A stretch of 64,000 bases of DNA from Hydrolagus affinis (GCA_012026655.1 JAAILG010001340.1:1-64000), one strand, 5' to 3'. Counted from the stretch's first letter, positions 1 through 10,928 are shown. A program made the numbers and translations. The notes: generated by a model not told the origin, from the letters alone.

Positions 1-329
1 GAGAGATTCAAACGTAAAAAAATAAATCCCCCCATCCTCACCCCCAACCCAGAAATCGTCTGGTTTACTTTTTGCATCTGTAACATCAGAGAGTTAGAGA
101 GTGACAAACACAAACCTGGTTTTATTTGCAGCCACTCATTCTTCATCACAACAGTGCAGAACCGGCTTGTTGTTGTTTTGTTTGTTGTTGGTGGTGGAAG
201 GCAGTGTTTCATTCAGTGCGGTTAAAACTGCCATGTTAATTACAGCCGGACAAATATAGATATAAATATATTCAATAGACAGTACACTTACTTTTGCGAT
301 ACACATTTTTTTTCCTCTCTTGGCAACAG

Positions 330-584
330 GTGTGGTTTCAGAACAGAAGGACCAAATGGAGGAAGAAACACGCGGCTGAAATGGCCACAGCCAAGAAAAA
401 ACACGATTCCGAGACGGAAAAACTAAAGGAGACGTCGGAAAACGAAGAGGACGAAGATGAATATAACAGACCCTTGGACCCAAACTCAGACGAAGAGAAA
501 ATCACACGATTACTGAACAAGCACAAATCCACCAACTCCCTCAGCATCCTGGACCCACACAGTAACAACCCGGACGTTTTGTGA
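330..584 (+). CDS. NKX6-2: NK6 homeobox 2, final coding exon (end of homeodomain helix 3 plus acidic C-terminal domain)
   Basis: Polypyrimidine tract and acceptor ttttttttcctctcttggcaacag| precede GTG at 330. Translation is [66 protein letters not shown]...PDVL*, with TGA at 582-584. The WFQNRR and EYNxPLDPNSD motifs are typical of Nkx6. Paralog assignment rests on the tail-to-tail position next to INPP5A, the known NKX6-2 synteny. Confidence 0.93.
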   Translation: MWFQNRRTKWRKKHAAEMATAKKKHDSETEKLKETSENEEDEDEYNRPLDPNSDEEKITRLLNKHKSTNSLSILDPHSNNPDVL

Positions 585-596
585 CAAACTTTTTTC

Positions 597-633
597 TTTA
601 TTATTATTATAATTATTATTATTATTATTATTA
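597..633. repeat. (ATT)n microsatellite in the NKX6-2 3'UTR
   Basis: ttattattattataattattattattattattattat, starting 13 nt after the stop. Confidence 0.9.
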
Positions 634-892
634 TGAGCTTCAATGGCTGAATTAACCAGGGTATAAACATTTTTTTTTTAAAAATAACTCGATGTTCCAC
701 AGAAATAAGTGATACGTGTTGTACAGCCGAATGTATGTGAGATGTATATATTTTTTACAGAATAAGTTATGGAATTATCTTACAGCTCGATGATACAGTA
801 TAAAATAACTTGGGTTGAATCTGACACAGGAGAGGAAACGTTTCTGAACGAGCAGGTCGTTCGCACACAGTTTCCATAATCCAGTATTATTT

Positions 893-912
893 TCTCTCTC
901 TCTCTCTCTCTC
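893..912. repeat. (TC)n microsatellite
   Basis: Seen directly. Confidence 0.9.
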
Positions 913-1231
913 CGTTTAGGATTTTCAGTGTTATGAACTAAGGAGTAACAATCAGATGTCATCCTTTTTTTTTGTATAACTTGCGGATTAAAACTGTAAC
1001 TGTTTGTACATATTTGAGATGCACGTTTGTGTTGTAAGATTTTTAAATGTAAAGTTTTTTTTGGTGGGAGAAGGGGTGTAGGTGTATTTACACTCAGAAA
1101 AAAAACTATTATACCCTCTTCCCCTTCTTCCCCCCCCACCCACCCACTCCCCACCCCCACCCCCCAGTGCCATCCCATCCCATCCCGTGATGACGGTAAA
1201 TTTCTTTCGAGGAGGTTTTGAGTTCAGCGCC

Positions 1232-1237
1232 AATAAA
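1232..1237 (+). terminator. Candidate polyadenylation signal of NKX6-2 (second candidate at 1326-1331)
   Basis: AATAAA hexamer about 650 nt after the stop codon. Confidence 0.5.
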
Positions 1238-1586
1238 ACCTCAAAGAATCTCTGGACATTTTGATGAAGAAGGTTTAAAGGAAATATGATTGCGTCCACA
1301 AAAATTGGAAGACCTTTGTATTACCAATAAATTATTTAACAATATGACATTTAGAATCGGTCAAGTTTTTGCAAGTACCCAGATTTTGAACACAGGAGGT
1401 TCAGTGATACTCTTGATTTTTAATCTGTTGAAAGATGATCTCTCTTTATCAACAATCCAACTCCACAACTACCCACAGTAATTTACAACAGTTTGATAAA
1501 AAGCGGGTCATTACACTAAAATGAAGATAAACTGTATGTAAAGATACCAATCAGATCATTATAAAACTGCAAAAATATTTACTCTT

Positions 1587-1650
1587 CAACAACAACAACA
1601 AATTACATTTATAGAGCGCCTTTCACGTCGGGAGGACGTCCCAAGGCGTC
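1587..1650 (-). mobile_element. Isolated L2 LINE 3' tail fragment
   Basis: caacaacaacaacaaattacatttatagagcgcctttcacgtcgggaggacgtcccaaggcg closely matches the tail of the longer L2 copies at 10453 and 56088. Confidence 0.75.
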
Positions 1651-2724
1651 CTATTAATATTAATTTAATCCGAATTGGGATATTAACGAGACATTGATAA
1701 ACCTGGTTTTACAGAACACTTGTTGCGGTGTTGTAGCACATCAAACTAAAACCCACAGTCCAGTTCAAGTGAAGGTATGTTCAATTTGGATGAAGGAAGT
1801 TTCGACTCGTGTATTCCCGATTGGAAATGAAGTGTAATAATCACCTATTGTAGCGAAAACTTCACTGGAGAGTTTTGCAGGACAACACAGCGCAAATAAC
1901 AAGAAAGAGCGAGAATAACAAGAAATGTGTGTAAGCCATCGACTGGTTTAAAAATGTGCTTTTTAAATAATAATAATAATAATAATAGTACCTCAACCAA
2001 GACCATATCCAGCGACATGTTAGCAGTTCCAATACTCGTGCAACCGCATTTATTAAAGAGCTGAGATTTTTTTTAATTAGGCTTACAATTTCAAAACGTG
2101 ATGTTTAGGGCCCGTTTTTGTGTTGGACTAAATCTGTTATTAAAAGCAAAGCGATTTAGTGCTACTATACTGTAACACAGTCAATAAGAAATAATGTAGG
2201 AAGATACAATGTGCCTTGGCCAGGTCCAGAATGTCTGCCCAAGAATGTCGACAGTTTGTTATCGTGTGGTCTAAAGGTTCGATGCCCTACAGTCACTGTG
2301 TATAATATATTATACATGTGTGCAATATATTTTAATGGCTGGTTTGGTTTGCTTGTATTTGATGAATCTACTTATGGTTTGTCCAGAGCGTCCAGATAAT
2401 TCAATAATTCACATCCATTGAGTGATTCAAACAGTGGCAGAGAATTTCACTCTAAAACATACCAACCAATGTTTTACTCGCCAGACAAACCTTCCTCACA
2501 TATCTGCTACCTGAGAAGCCAGTTACAATGACACGGCTAAATCAACCCAGGAGAGAGAGAGAGAGATTCCCAGAACGAGTTAAGACTTTTTAGAAATACA
2601 GTAGATATGAGTTCATTTTTATGTTCTTCCAATAATTCATTTTACAAGAACTTTTTAACAAATATATATATATACACGAGGATTTTATATTATATTTAAA
2701 TGGAGTGCCCGCGACATGTGTGTC

Positions 2725-2960
2725 TTCAGTGACATTTCAAATGAATGGAGAGAAAATAATCAGCCTTGTTAATTGTTGATAAAGGATCTATCTTTTTCAT
2801 CTCGACAAATAGGGAGCAGATCCATAAATTGTTTCTGATTGTAGTCAATTAATCACCGGAACAAAATATTATTCATTTATACTGCCAACAACGTGGAAAG
2901 TACAGGCGGCTTCAATGAAGCATTTGTGCGAATAGAAATGAATCAATCAGCCGGCGTCCA
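2725..2960. promoter_or_regulatory. Candidate conserved non-coding element or enhancer downstream of NKX6-2
   Basis: Repeat-free block dense in homeodomain (ttaattg, caattaat, ccataaat), Pbx-like (atcaatca) and Sox-like (attgtt) motifs. Conservation not verified. Confidence 0.4.
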
Positions 2961-3677
2961 AACTTTTTTTTTGAAATGAAAAGTTACAAAACACAGTTTT
3001 CAGAGCACGCCCTACCATCGCATGCAATGGAAATATCGTCTATTCCAATAAAAAATAAAACAAAGCAGAAACATTTGGGAGGTTTGATCAGATTATGGCC
3101 ATGATAACAATAAGGTAACACTCACACACACTCACACAAACACACACTCACACACAGACATACACACACAAACCAAGAGAAATCATCCAGCATGTGAGCT
3201 GAAGCAGCTCGTGAAAAGAAATGAAGGAAGGAAGGAAAAAGAACATCTCGATGAACGATAACCACTGGGCTGTGGGGTTTAATGCCAATGGCAGCTGATG
3301 GAAACACCCGGCCACATGTTCTGTGTTTCTTTCCTGAAACCCAACAGAGTAAAGTGCCTCAGCACCGTGTCCACTGGCCTGTGGTTATTTATATAAAGCT
3401 GCAGTGTATACAGGCTGTATATAAGCAGCCTGCACAGTAAGGTAACTAACTACCTTCAACTCAAAAGTTTCTCCCACATGTTGCACTGACTCCCCCCTTT
3501 TACCAGCGAATGATTTCGGCGCCTTCACTTTCCAAGTTGAATTGGACAACACCTTATTAAGAAATGATGTGTGTTTAAAAGGGCAACGCAACGTTTTATT
3601 TCTCCACCCTACCTTCCTGTTATTTTAGGACTGAATAATTCAAGGGGTTCCCCAGCGGCATCGTCTCGTCCTACATT

Positions 3678-3703
3678 TGTGTGTGTGTGTGTGTGTGTGT
3701 GTG
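3678..3703. repeat. (GT)n microsatellite
   Basis: Seen directly. Confidence 0.9.
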
Positions 3704-4577
3704 TTTTTCCTTTAGATTTTGAAGAAAGATTAACTGGCCAGTAGGTGGGCCCCACCAAAAGGCAATGGACTTAACTCGAAACAGCGACCACTGAGCCAAG
3801 TGGGTTTACCTTGTGCTGACATTCACTGCAATCAACAAATTATTCTTCAACTTATTCGCATAATCAGTCTCACGCGGTGTCTCTTTTTGTTAATGTACTA
3901 AAAACACGGTCCATTCGGGTTTAAATCAGTGTAACCAGCTAACCATATAATCAATTAGACGTGGACAATAAAAAAAAAGTTCATTTGGGGGGCGGGGAGT
4001 ATTTTGGTAATAATGTTGATTGCAAAACGACAGCTACATCTTCTGCGCACACACACACACAAACTTATTAATATCCCCGTTCAAACAGTTCAATTTTTAA
4101 TTCTTAATGAAAGGCACTTCAAACAATACAAGCAACAGATACTAGACACTGAGCAACTCTCTGCAAGTCAGTCAGTCAGTCAGTCATCTGGTGTCTTCTA
4201 GGGCTGTGGAGACTGAGTTTCTTCTGACTGGAGGATGGTGGAGTTTGGAGTAATTTCTCTGTACTTTTCTCCCCCCATCAAACTTATTAGACGCTGAAAC
4301 ACCGTAGATCAGTGAGTGAGTGAGTGAGTGAGGAGTGAGTGTGAGGCTGCCTGATTTTCTGATCGCCGATGAAAAATGCTGGCTGATTCATGTCGAGGGT
4401 AAAATGTTTTTTTGTTTTCTTTTTTTAAACCCCCCTCCCCACAAAAAACACACACACAAAAAAGTTTTCAACTGAAGCTTAAAGAGTTTTCAAAGTAGGA
4501 TCAGACAGTCAGTCAGACAGACACAGGTCGGAAAAAGGTTGCTCGAGTCTCTTGAAATTGTTTGAGAAACAAAGAAG

Positions 4578-4583
4578 TTTATT
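4578..4583 (-). terminator. Candidate distal polyadenylation signal of INPP5A (proximal candidate at 4703-4708)
   Basis: tttatt on + is AATAAA on -. U/GU-rich sequence follows on the - strand. Confidence 0.55.
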
Positions 4584-5915
4584 TCTATGGCCCATAAACG
4601 TCACATAAGTTGAATCTCTGATTTAATAAAATAGTTTACAGTGTACGGCTATTTGATACTGGGCACATTGGTACAGTTTATCTGCACACTGGCGTTTTAC
4701 TCTTTATTGTCTACAAACGAGAATGATCTCACGGTCACAGCCACATAAATTCTGCTGGCAGACACAAAATCATTTCCAACCGTAGTGATTTATACGAAAA
4801 CACGCATCAATCCACTGCTATCAAGTAGCTTGTGAACTTTGTAGTGTACTAAATTAAATCGATAGAGGAAACGTTTAGGCATTGGCTGTGTTCTCCATCT
4901 TCAGATCTAATCACCTTTTAATGCTGTAAGAAGCAGCGTGTAAAATTTGCAATATTAGCGCTGGCTGGAGATTAAATATAGGTGATACAATTTTTACCAA
5001 ATTTGCAATTTGCATCTTCAGGTTTGAGGGCTTTATATACAATCCATTAAAGCACAATTAGCAAGCTAATACCAGAAGGAAATATCCTCCATTATAATGT
5101 GTCCATAGATACTTGGCACTATATGCAGTAACAAAAATAGACAGAAATAGTTTACAAAAAAATCTTATAAGATATCCATCCTATTAAACTTCACATTCTG
5201 AAACTTGGCATCACATAGGAATAAGTTACAATAGAAGTACTTAACACAGACAGACTGCTATTCACGTGTGGTGATTATAGTAAATTAGATATTTCATCAA
5301 CAATGACAGTCAAAGCTATCTATAGTATAGTTTGGGTGAGAAAATATATAGTTTTGTATATTCAATCAGCTAGGTATAGGAACTAAAAGTTGATATGTCA
5401 GACCATGAGCAGCCAGTCCTTCTGAAAGGAATTTCATTTAGGGGCTTTGGAAAGATTATATTATAAATTAGTTTGTTTTAAGTAGATATAAAAATGAAGA
5501 GAGCAGCTAATTTGTGATTCGAAATCGGATAAAATGTGGCAGTATGTAGTATATAACATGAAAATACCTAGCTAGCCTAACACAGACATACAATAAAAAT
5601 CTTAAAGGTAAAGAAAATATCAATAAAACCATCACTAAAAGTGAAATTTCACTCCTATACAATCCAATGTACAAAAAACTCTCTAGTACAGTATAGATAT
5701 ACAATTTCAGCATTGCACTTCATGAGTTTTACATAAGGAAACAGTTTCTTACATTGAATAGGGACACTGTATCAGTTAAAATTATAAATGTGAGATATTT
5801 AAAATGTGTAGTATATTCTACTCTTAGCGTTTGGCAACAAAACTGTGACACGTTTTAAAATTGTCCCACATTTAATTCAAGTGTCACAGGAACATATGAA
5901 ATGGTGAGGTATGTG

Positions 5916-5949
5916 TGGCTGTCTTGTATAGATGGCTGTCTTGTATAGA
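5916..5949. repeat. Perfect 2 x 17-bp tandem duplication in the INPP5A 3'UTR
   Basis: tggctgtcttgtataga at 5916-5932 and 5933-5949. Confidence 0.9.
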
Positions 5950-6093
5950 CTTCAGACATCAAAGCAGAATGGATGATGAGCAGTCTGAAATGCGGCACTA
6001 AGAAATACAGTATCAACATCAGTTGAATTACAAGGATGTTTGCAAGTTCTCCTGTCCTGCTCCCGCACCTTTCGTTCGCTTGCCTCAAATAGA

Positions 6094-6143
6094 CTAGAAG
6101 GCAGGTTCTCGAAAGATCTTCTCATTTCTTTGACATCTTTTGC
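6094..6143 (-). CDS. INPP5A: INPP5A putative alternative C-terminus (G)KRCQRNEKIFREPAF*, lacking the CaaX box
   Basis: Internal donor GGGGCAG|gtaaac (exon end 6334, phase 1) plus the acceptor at 6143 gives G|GC AAA AGA TGT CAA AGA AAT GAG AAG ATC TTT CGA GAA CCT GCC TTC TAG in frame. Confidence 0.6.
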
Positions 6144-6289
6144 CTGTGAATGTCACACAAAAATATTCAACACAGCATGTTAGGTAATAAAACTGACAAA
6201 AATATAAGAGTGTTAACATGTCAATTAAATACTGAAAAGAACATGGATGAATAGTAAAAGAAAATAAAACATTAATATTTACCACCACA

Positions 6290-6370
6290 TCACTGCACCA
6301 CACAACAGTTGCGCATATTTGCATTAGGTTTACCTGCCCCAGCAGCTATTCGAAAGAACAGGAAGACAGG
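6290..6370 (-). CDS. INPP5A: INPP5A last coding exon of the CaaX isoform: PVFLFFRIAAGAGKPNANMRNCCVVQ*
   Basis: Acceptor ttttgtacag|CCT. 81 nt including TGA at 6292-6290. Matches the human C-terminus PVFLAFRIMPGAGKPHAHVHKCCVVQ (recalled) with the farnesylation motif CVVQ. Confidence 0.95.
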   Translation of the reverse strand, partial: PVFLFFRIAAGAGKPNANMRNCCVVQ

Positions 6371-7817
6371 CTGTACAAAAATAAAACACATTGCTGGGTC
6401 AGTGATAACTATTAAAATACAAGATCTATTCTACAAAGTAATTTCACTTGCATCTTTTACTGACACTACTTCTGAATCAATTTAAACAAACCTGTATGAT
6501 GGGTTGAAATGCTAGTCATTTCAAAATGTGCAAAACAGTAGTAAGGAGAAGTTGTTCTCACATGAACATTTTGGTTTTGTTGTTCATCATATCTTGTTAA
6601 TGGGACATTAGAACTTAGTTCCAACGTTAGTCCACAAACTAAATGTCGCACATTTATAACTACCAAAACAGTATTGAACAAGTATGTATTGACATAAATT
6701 TGTTGGATATTATATATTTATTGATATTTAGAGTTGTAAATCTGTCAGCACAACCCTTAAAGATGTTTTTTTCACTCACTTTTTCCTATTTTCCTCCCTT
6801 GTGGCTGTTCACTACAAATGCATTAGTTCTGCACAGGAAAACAAAATTGTGTGGCTGCAGACTTCGCCATAGAAGCTACCAATTACCAGGTGGGCAGATA
6901 ACACTGATCAATAATTGAGCTATAAATGCTAGTTTCTCCAATCTTTCAAATGTAACACCTCAGTTTCATCCAATGGTTTGAGTCAGGTGGCATATATTTA
7001 TAAAATTAATATAAACACTAAATACTAAACAAACATGCAGAGTTGGGCATAACCATTTTATTTTAACATTAAATGTAGAAAATATAAAGATTAATTTAAG
7101 TAAAATGCATCACAACAATAACAACACCATTGCATTTACAGAGCGTCTTTACTATAAATATCTCAAATATTGGTACACAGTTGGAAATATATTAAATTTA
7201 CATGTCATTTTTATATTCCTTTTTATGAGCAAAGATATCTGCTCTATTGTGGCACACTGTAATTCAGGTGGCTGTCTTTCAACAAAAGTTATAGAAAAAT
7301 TTGCTAAAAGATTCCATTAACAGGTATCCATATCTTGCTATTGTCTTTGTTTAAAAGAGGTAGGGCCAAGACTTATTCAATATTCCAACTTGTCTTATTT
7401 GTATGTGAACTCAATATACCTATCTGTAAAATGCATCCAAAACATACTTGTACCTAAATTATTTTTTCGTCACCAATTATTCAAACAACTGATATAGGGA
7501 TTATTGTTGCTTCTTAAATTCCCCATATCTTTCACTATGAACCCCTGTCGACAGTATACCCCCATTTTCGGGAAAGCAGTGCCTATTGAAGGGCCTTCCA
7601 AACAATCATTTCAATTTAGTTCTATAGTTATTCAGTGAAAAACATCTAAATAAACAACATCTTGAATTCTTTAGGTGTATATCGTTTGGTGAACAAATCA
7701 TGGATGAAACCAAAATAGTTTATACCACATGCCATACAGTAATGTTACCAGTAAAAAGAGACAATAGCATTCAATGCATTCAAAAACTGTTGAATTTAAC
7801 AACAAAGTACTCTTTAC

Positions 7818-7886
7818 CTTGTGGTCCCCCATGCAAACATTTGGTCCCATGTTGTCATAGATAACTGACTTCTCATCATTTTCTGC
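7818..7886 (-). CDS. INPP5A: INPP5A exon: AENDEKSVIYDNMGPNVCMGDHK
   Basis: ttttacag|GCA...AAG|gtaaag, 69 nt, phase 0/0. Contains the GDHK of the catalytic 5-phosphatase motif (DHKPV once spliced). Confidence 0.95.
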
Positions 7887-8210
7887 CTGTAAAACAGAGA
7901 TCACTTTCTTTACAGACAGAGTGGCTATTCACATAAAGATCCCTTCACAATTGCTCAGCTGCAAAGACAAATATTTAGTGCCAGTGAGAAAGCAATCTAC
8001 AAGAGTTTCAACAAACAAGAGGAGATGGAAGGCCAACCTTTATGTGGATCTCTGCAGAATGCCACAAACTACATACAATTTGCTGCAGCTTTTGTACACT
8101 TGGGATAATGCACTATGTGGAAATAAAATGCCCTCAACCCTAAACTGGAGTAACCTTCATAGCATCAATTATACAAAACGATATATAGCACACAAAAAAA
8201 TCTTTAGGAT

Positions 8211-8600
8211 TAATAATATTAATAATATCAATAATCCTTACATTTGATATAGTGCCTAACCACATTTTCTAGACGGATCAAAGCACTTCACAGAGTAAAG
8301 TGAATTGGCTGCATACTTTGTGGGCGAAACGTGTTGCCAATTGTGCACAGTAGTGTCCCACCAAACAATTGTGGATTGAATGAGCAAATTATTATTTATG
8401 TATATTTATCTTGTGAAGGGATTATTATCCCTGGAAAAGTGACCTGCCAATCAACTAACAACCGTGTTTCTACTGACTGCGAGGTAAACAGAGATGTGTA
8501 AAATAAGGAACCTTGCCTAACATTTCGTCTTGTGCAGGAATCGAACCCAAGTCCTCTCACTTGAGAGACGAGTGTGCTAACTACTACACTACAGAACTCC
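8211..8600 (-). mobile_element. tRNA-derived SINE, long form
   Basis: On -: head ggagttctgtagtgtagtagttagc with B box gggttcgattcc, body aggcaaggttccttattttacacatctctgtttacctcgcag, then the shared tail gtgaagtgctttga...aaatgtaaggattatt. Confidence 0.8.
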
Positions 8601-8869
8601 CTGTAATGGTTTCCTTGCCCTAACTTCTGCAGTGGCTTATTCATTGCTTATTCAATCTCTACAAAATACATTACAATCTTTACAAAATATACAGTCACTA
8701 CACTTTACAACAAAATTCCAGATTTGAAAAGAGTTGTTTAAATTAATTGTTGTACCATATTAAAGTTGGGATTCTATTTGCAGCATATCATTGTTTTAAA
8801 TTCTACTACTTTCTACTATTCAAAGTGATCTAAACTTAATTTAAAAAAAAGTAATTTTGTGTGCTAGCA

Positions 8870-9240
8870 AAGATAATCATTTGATTTGGTATTGCACCAT
8901 TCACGTCGGGAAGACTTGTCAAAGCGAAGGATTTACTGTAAAGTGAAGCGATTGTGCATCCTGTAGGTAAATGTGGCAGTCAATTTGTGCATAGCAAAAT
9001 TTCACAATTTTGAAGAAAAGGACCAATTTTATTGCATAGATTTCTGACCAGGACTCTAGGCAAAACTCCCTTCTATATTAAAATAGGCTTATGGGATCTT
9101 TGACATCTATCTGAATAAACAAACAGGACCTCATCCAACGGACATGATCTCTGACAATGTAGCACTCCCCCAGCATTGGACTAGAATGTTAAAATCCAAA
9201 TCCACAACCTTCTGACTAAAAATGCTACCAACAAAACCAG
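8870..9240 (-). mobile_element. Degenerate Deu-domain SINE (SacSINE1/AmnSINE1-like)
   Basis: atgggatctttgacatc...cctcatccaacggac...tctctgacaatgtagcactccc is the reverse complement of the Deu core seen at 41080-41200. Confidence 0.6.
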
Positions 9241-10214
9241 GCTGAAACTTTATAGTGGTCTCTGTTATATTAAAATAAGTGGATGTAACTAATCAATATT
9301 TACTCCTCTTTCCCTCCTCATAGTACATTCGCATTCACCTGAGTAATAAAAATGTAAGTGAGAATGAATAAACTAATCCTCCTACAAACGTCGTAAAACA
9401 TAACATCCTATCAAAACTATCAAAATCTCTGGAAAGAAACAATTATTACTCTATTATTGTACATCAACAGTGGAAAACCGACATCACTAGTGTGCATCAA
9501 TATTCTACATGATATTTTTGAAGTAAATTCAGCACAGGCTTTTTAAAAAAAGATATTATTCTTACTAATATTCCTGTCAATATTTGCCCTCAGCAGCAGT
9601 GTTTCTGCTACAGTAATGTGACAGTTTTTCCCCCTATTCCAGCTGTCAAATGGGAGGAACTATAGAGGGAATGTGTGTTATGCCATCAACGCCATATTGT
9701 CTCATAAACATAACTCAAGAATAGAAAGGTTAGTCTTGCAAAATTCATGTAATGTTCCTAAAAATACCACCTACTTTTAGAAGTTAACATTGTAACATGA
9801 TGATATTAGTTCTGCTTGTACTCCATCCAATTTTTGAAATTCACACCCTGGTATTTAAGACAGAAATGCCCAGCATGCTTATCTTTGAAAATGAACAGTT
9901 TAAACAGAAGGCGAAAATGCCCAGACTAAAAGTTAGGTCTTGCAGCAAATTCAGTACGATGGAAGATTGGCTGAAGGCACATCCACAAAGGGGCACCAGA
10001 ACTGGGGAATGGATGGGGATGGGGGGGTGGGGGTGGATGGCATGAAGAAGACCAATGTAAATATTGAAGAAAGCAAACATATGTGTATGGAACACCCAAC
10101 TGAAGCATCTAGAAAAACAACAATTTGCACGTTTATAGTGCCCCCCAAGCCAATTAATTAAGCATAAGGTGTTTCCAAAAAGGCCAAAAGCTTTTAAATA
10201 TTGGGATTTTTTTT

Positions 10215-10405
10215 ACTACAACAGAGCAAGTTAAAGGGGATCAGATGGAGCTTTTCAAAATTCTGAGTGGTATTGATAGGATAAATCAAGAGTGAAATTT
10301 TTCTGATCAGCAACAATTAACAATGGAGCATCAATTAAAAATTATCAGGAGAAGAAAAAGAGGGGTAGTTAGATTGTTGTTCCACATAGAAAGTTGTTCA
10401 ACTTG
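10215..10405 (+). mobile_element. CR1 LINE ORF2 C-terminal fragment
   Basis: Translates as GDQMELFKILSGIDRIN...EHQLKI, resembling the CR1 ORF2 end motif RGDLIEVFKI...GH.LK. Confidence 0.65.
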
Positions 10406-10925
10406 TGTGTCAGCCAGACAAAGTGGTAGCACACTTGACTCTAAGTCAGAAACAACAACAAATTGCACTTATAGAGCGCCTTTCACGTTGGGAGGACGTC
10501 CCAAGGCGCTGCACAGGAGGCGTGTGACCCGAGCTGGGAGGGGAGTATTCGGGAGGGGGTAAGAAACGTAGGGGAGGTCGAAGAATTAGGGGGGGAACAG
10601 AAGGCACGGTCGAAAAGGAAAGTCTTCAAACCGGCCTTGAAAGAGGAAAGGGAGGAAACAAGGCGGAGGGATTTAGGGATGGAGTTCCAAAGGGTGGGAG
10701 CGGAAAAACTGAAGGCCCGGCCTTCGATGGTGGAGGGTCCGGGTGGGCTTGTAGGGGGAGAGTAGGTCAGAAAGAAAGTTGTGAGTTCAAGCCCCACATC
10801 AAGATTTGGAATTACATCGTCTAAACTACACTCCATTGCACTGCTGAAGGTGTGTTGCATTGTTGGGAATTGCTGGATGAGACATTAAACCAAAGTCCCC
10901 AGTATCCTGGCCAACAAATCCCCCA
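10406..10925 (+). mobile_element. Deu-domain SINE split by an L2 insertion
   Basis: Head agtggtagcacacttgactctaagtcagaa, then the L2, then gttgtgagttcaagcccc (B box)...acactccattgcactgctgaaggtgtgttgcattgt...gatgagacattaaaccaaagtc (Deu core). Confidence 0.65.
10453..10765 (-). mobile_element. 5'-truncated L2 LINE 3' end with an 8-bp TSD
   Basis: (TTG)n tail. - strand translation EGRAFSFSAPTLWNSIPKSLRLVSSLSSFKAGLKTFLF is the typical L2 ORF2 C-terminus. Flanked by gtcagaaa at 10445-10452 and 10766-10773. Confidence 0.88.
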
Positions 10926-10928
10926 AAT

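Larger units (their letters stand above)
585..1350 (+). other. NKX6-2: NKX6-2 3'UTR (end approximate)
   Basis: Follows the stop codon and is AU-rich. Candidate AATAAA signals at 1232-1237 and 1326-1331. Confidence 0.6.
4560..6143 (-). other. INPP5A: INPP5A terminal exon: 3'UTR for the CaaX isoform; first 50 nt coding in the alternative isoform
   Basis: Acceptor ttgtgtgacattcacag|GCAAAAGATG, with AG at 6145-6144. It pairs with the donor TGATGTGGTG|gtaaat 7 nt after the stop (exon end 6283). The 3' end is inferred from the AATAAA. Confidence 0.65.

Noticed and set aside
294-329. N-terminal part of ORF 294-584 ([12 protein letters not shown])
   Set aside because: This is the intron polypyrimidine tract and acceptor. 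The real exon starts at 330.
136-700. Antisense ORFs 136-483 and 338-700
   Set aside because: They are shadow frames of the NKX6-2 exon extended by microsatellites (poly-Ile from (ATT)n) and have no independent coding features.
7698-7904. ORF 7698-7904 as a standalone gene or extended exon
   Set aside because: Only 7818-7886 matches INPP5A and is bounded by AG/GT. The rest is intron read-through.
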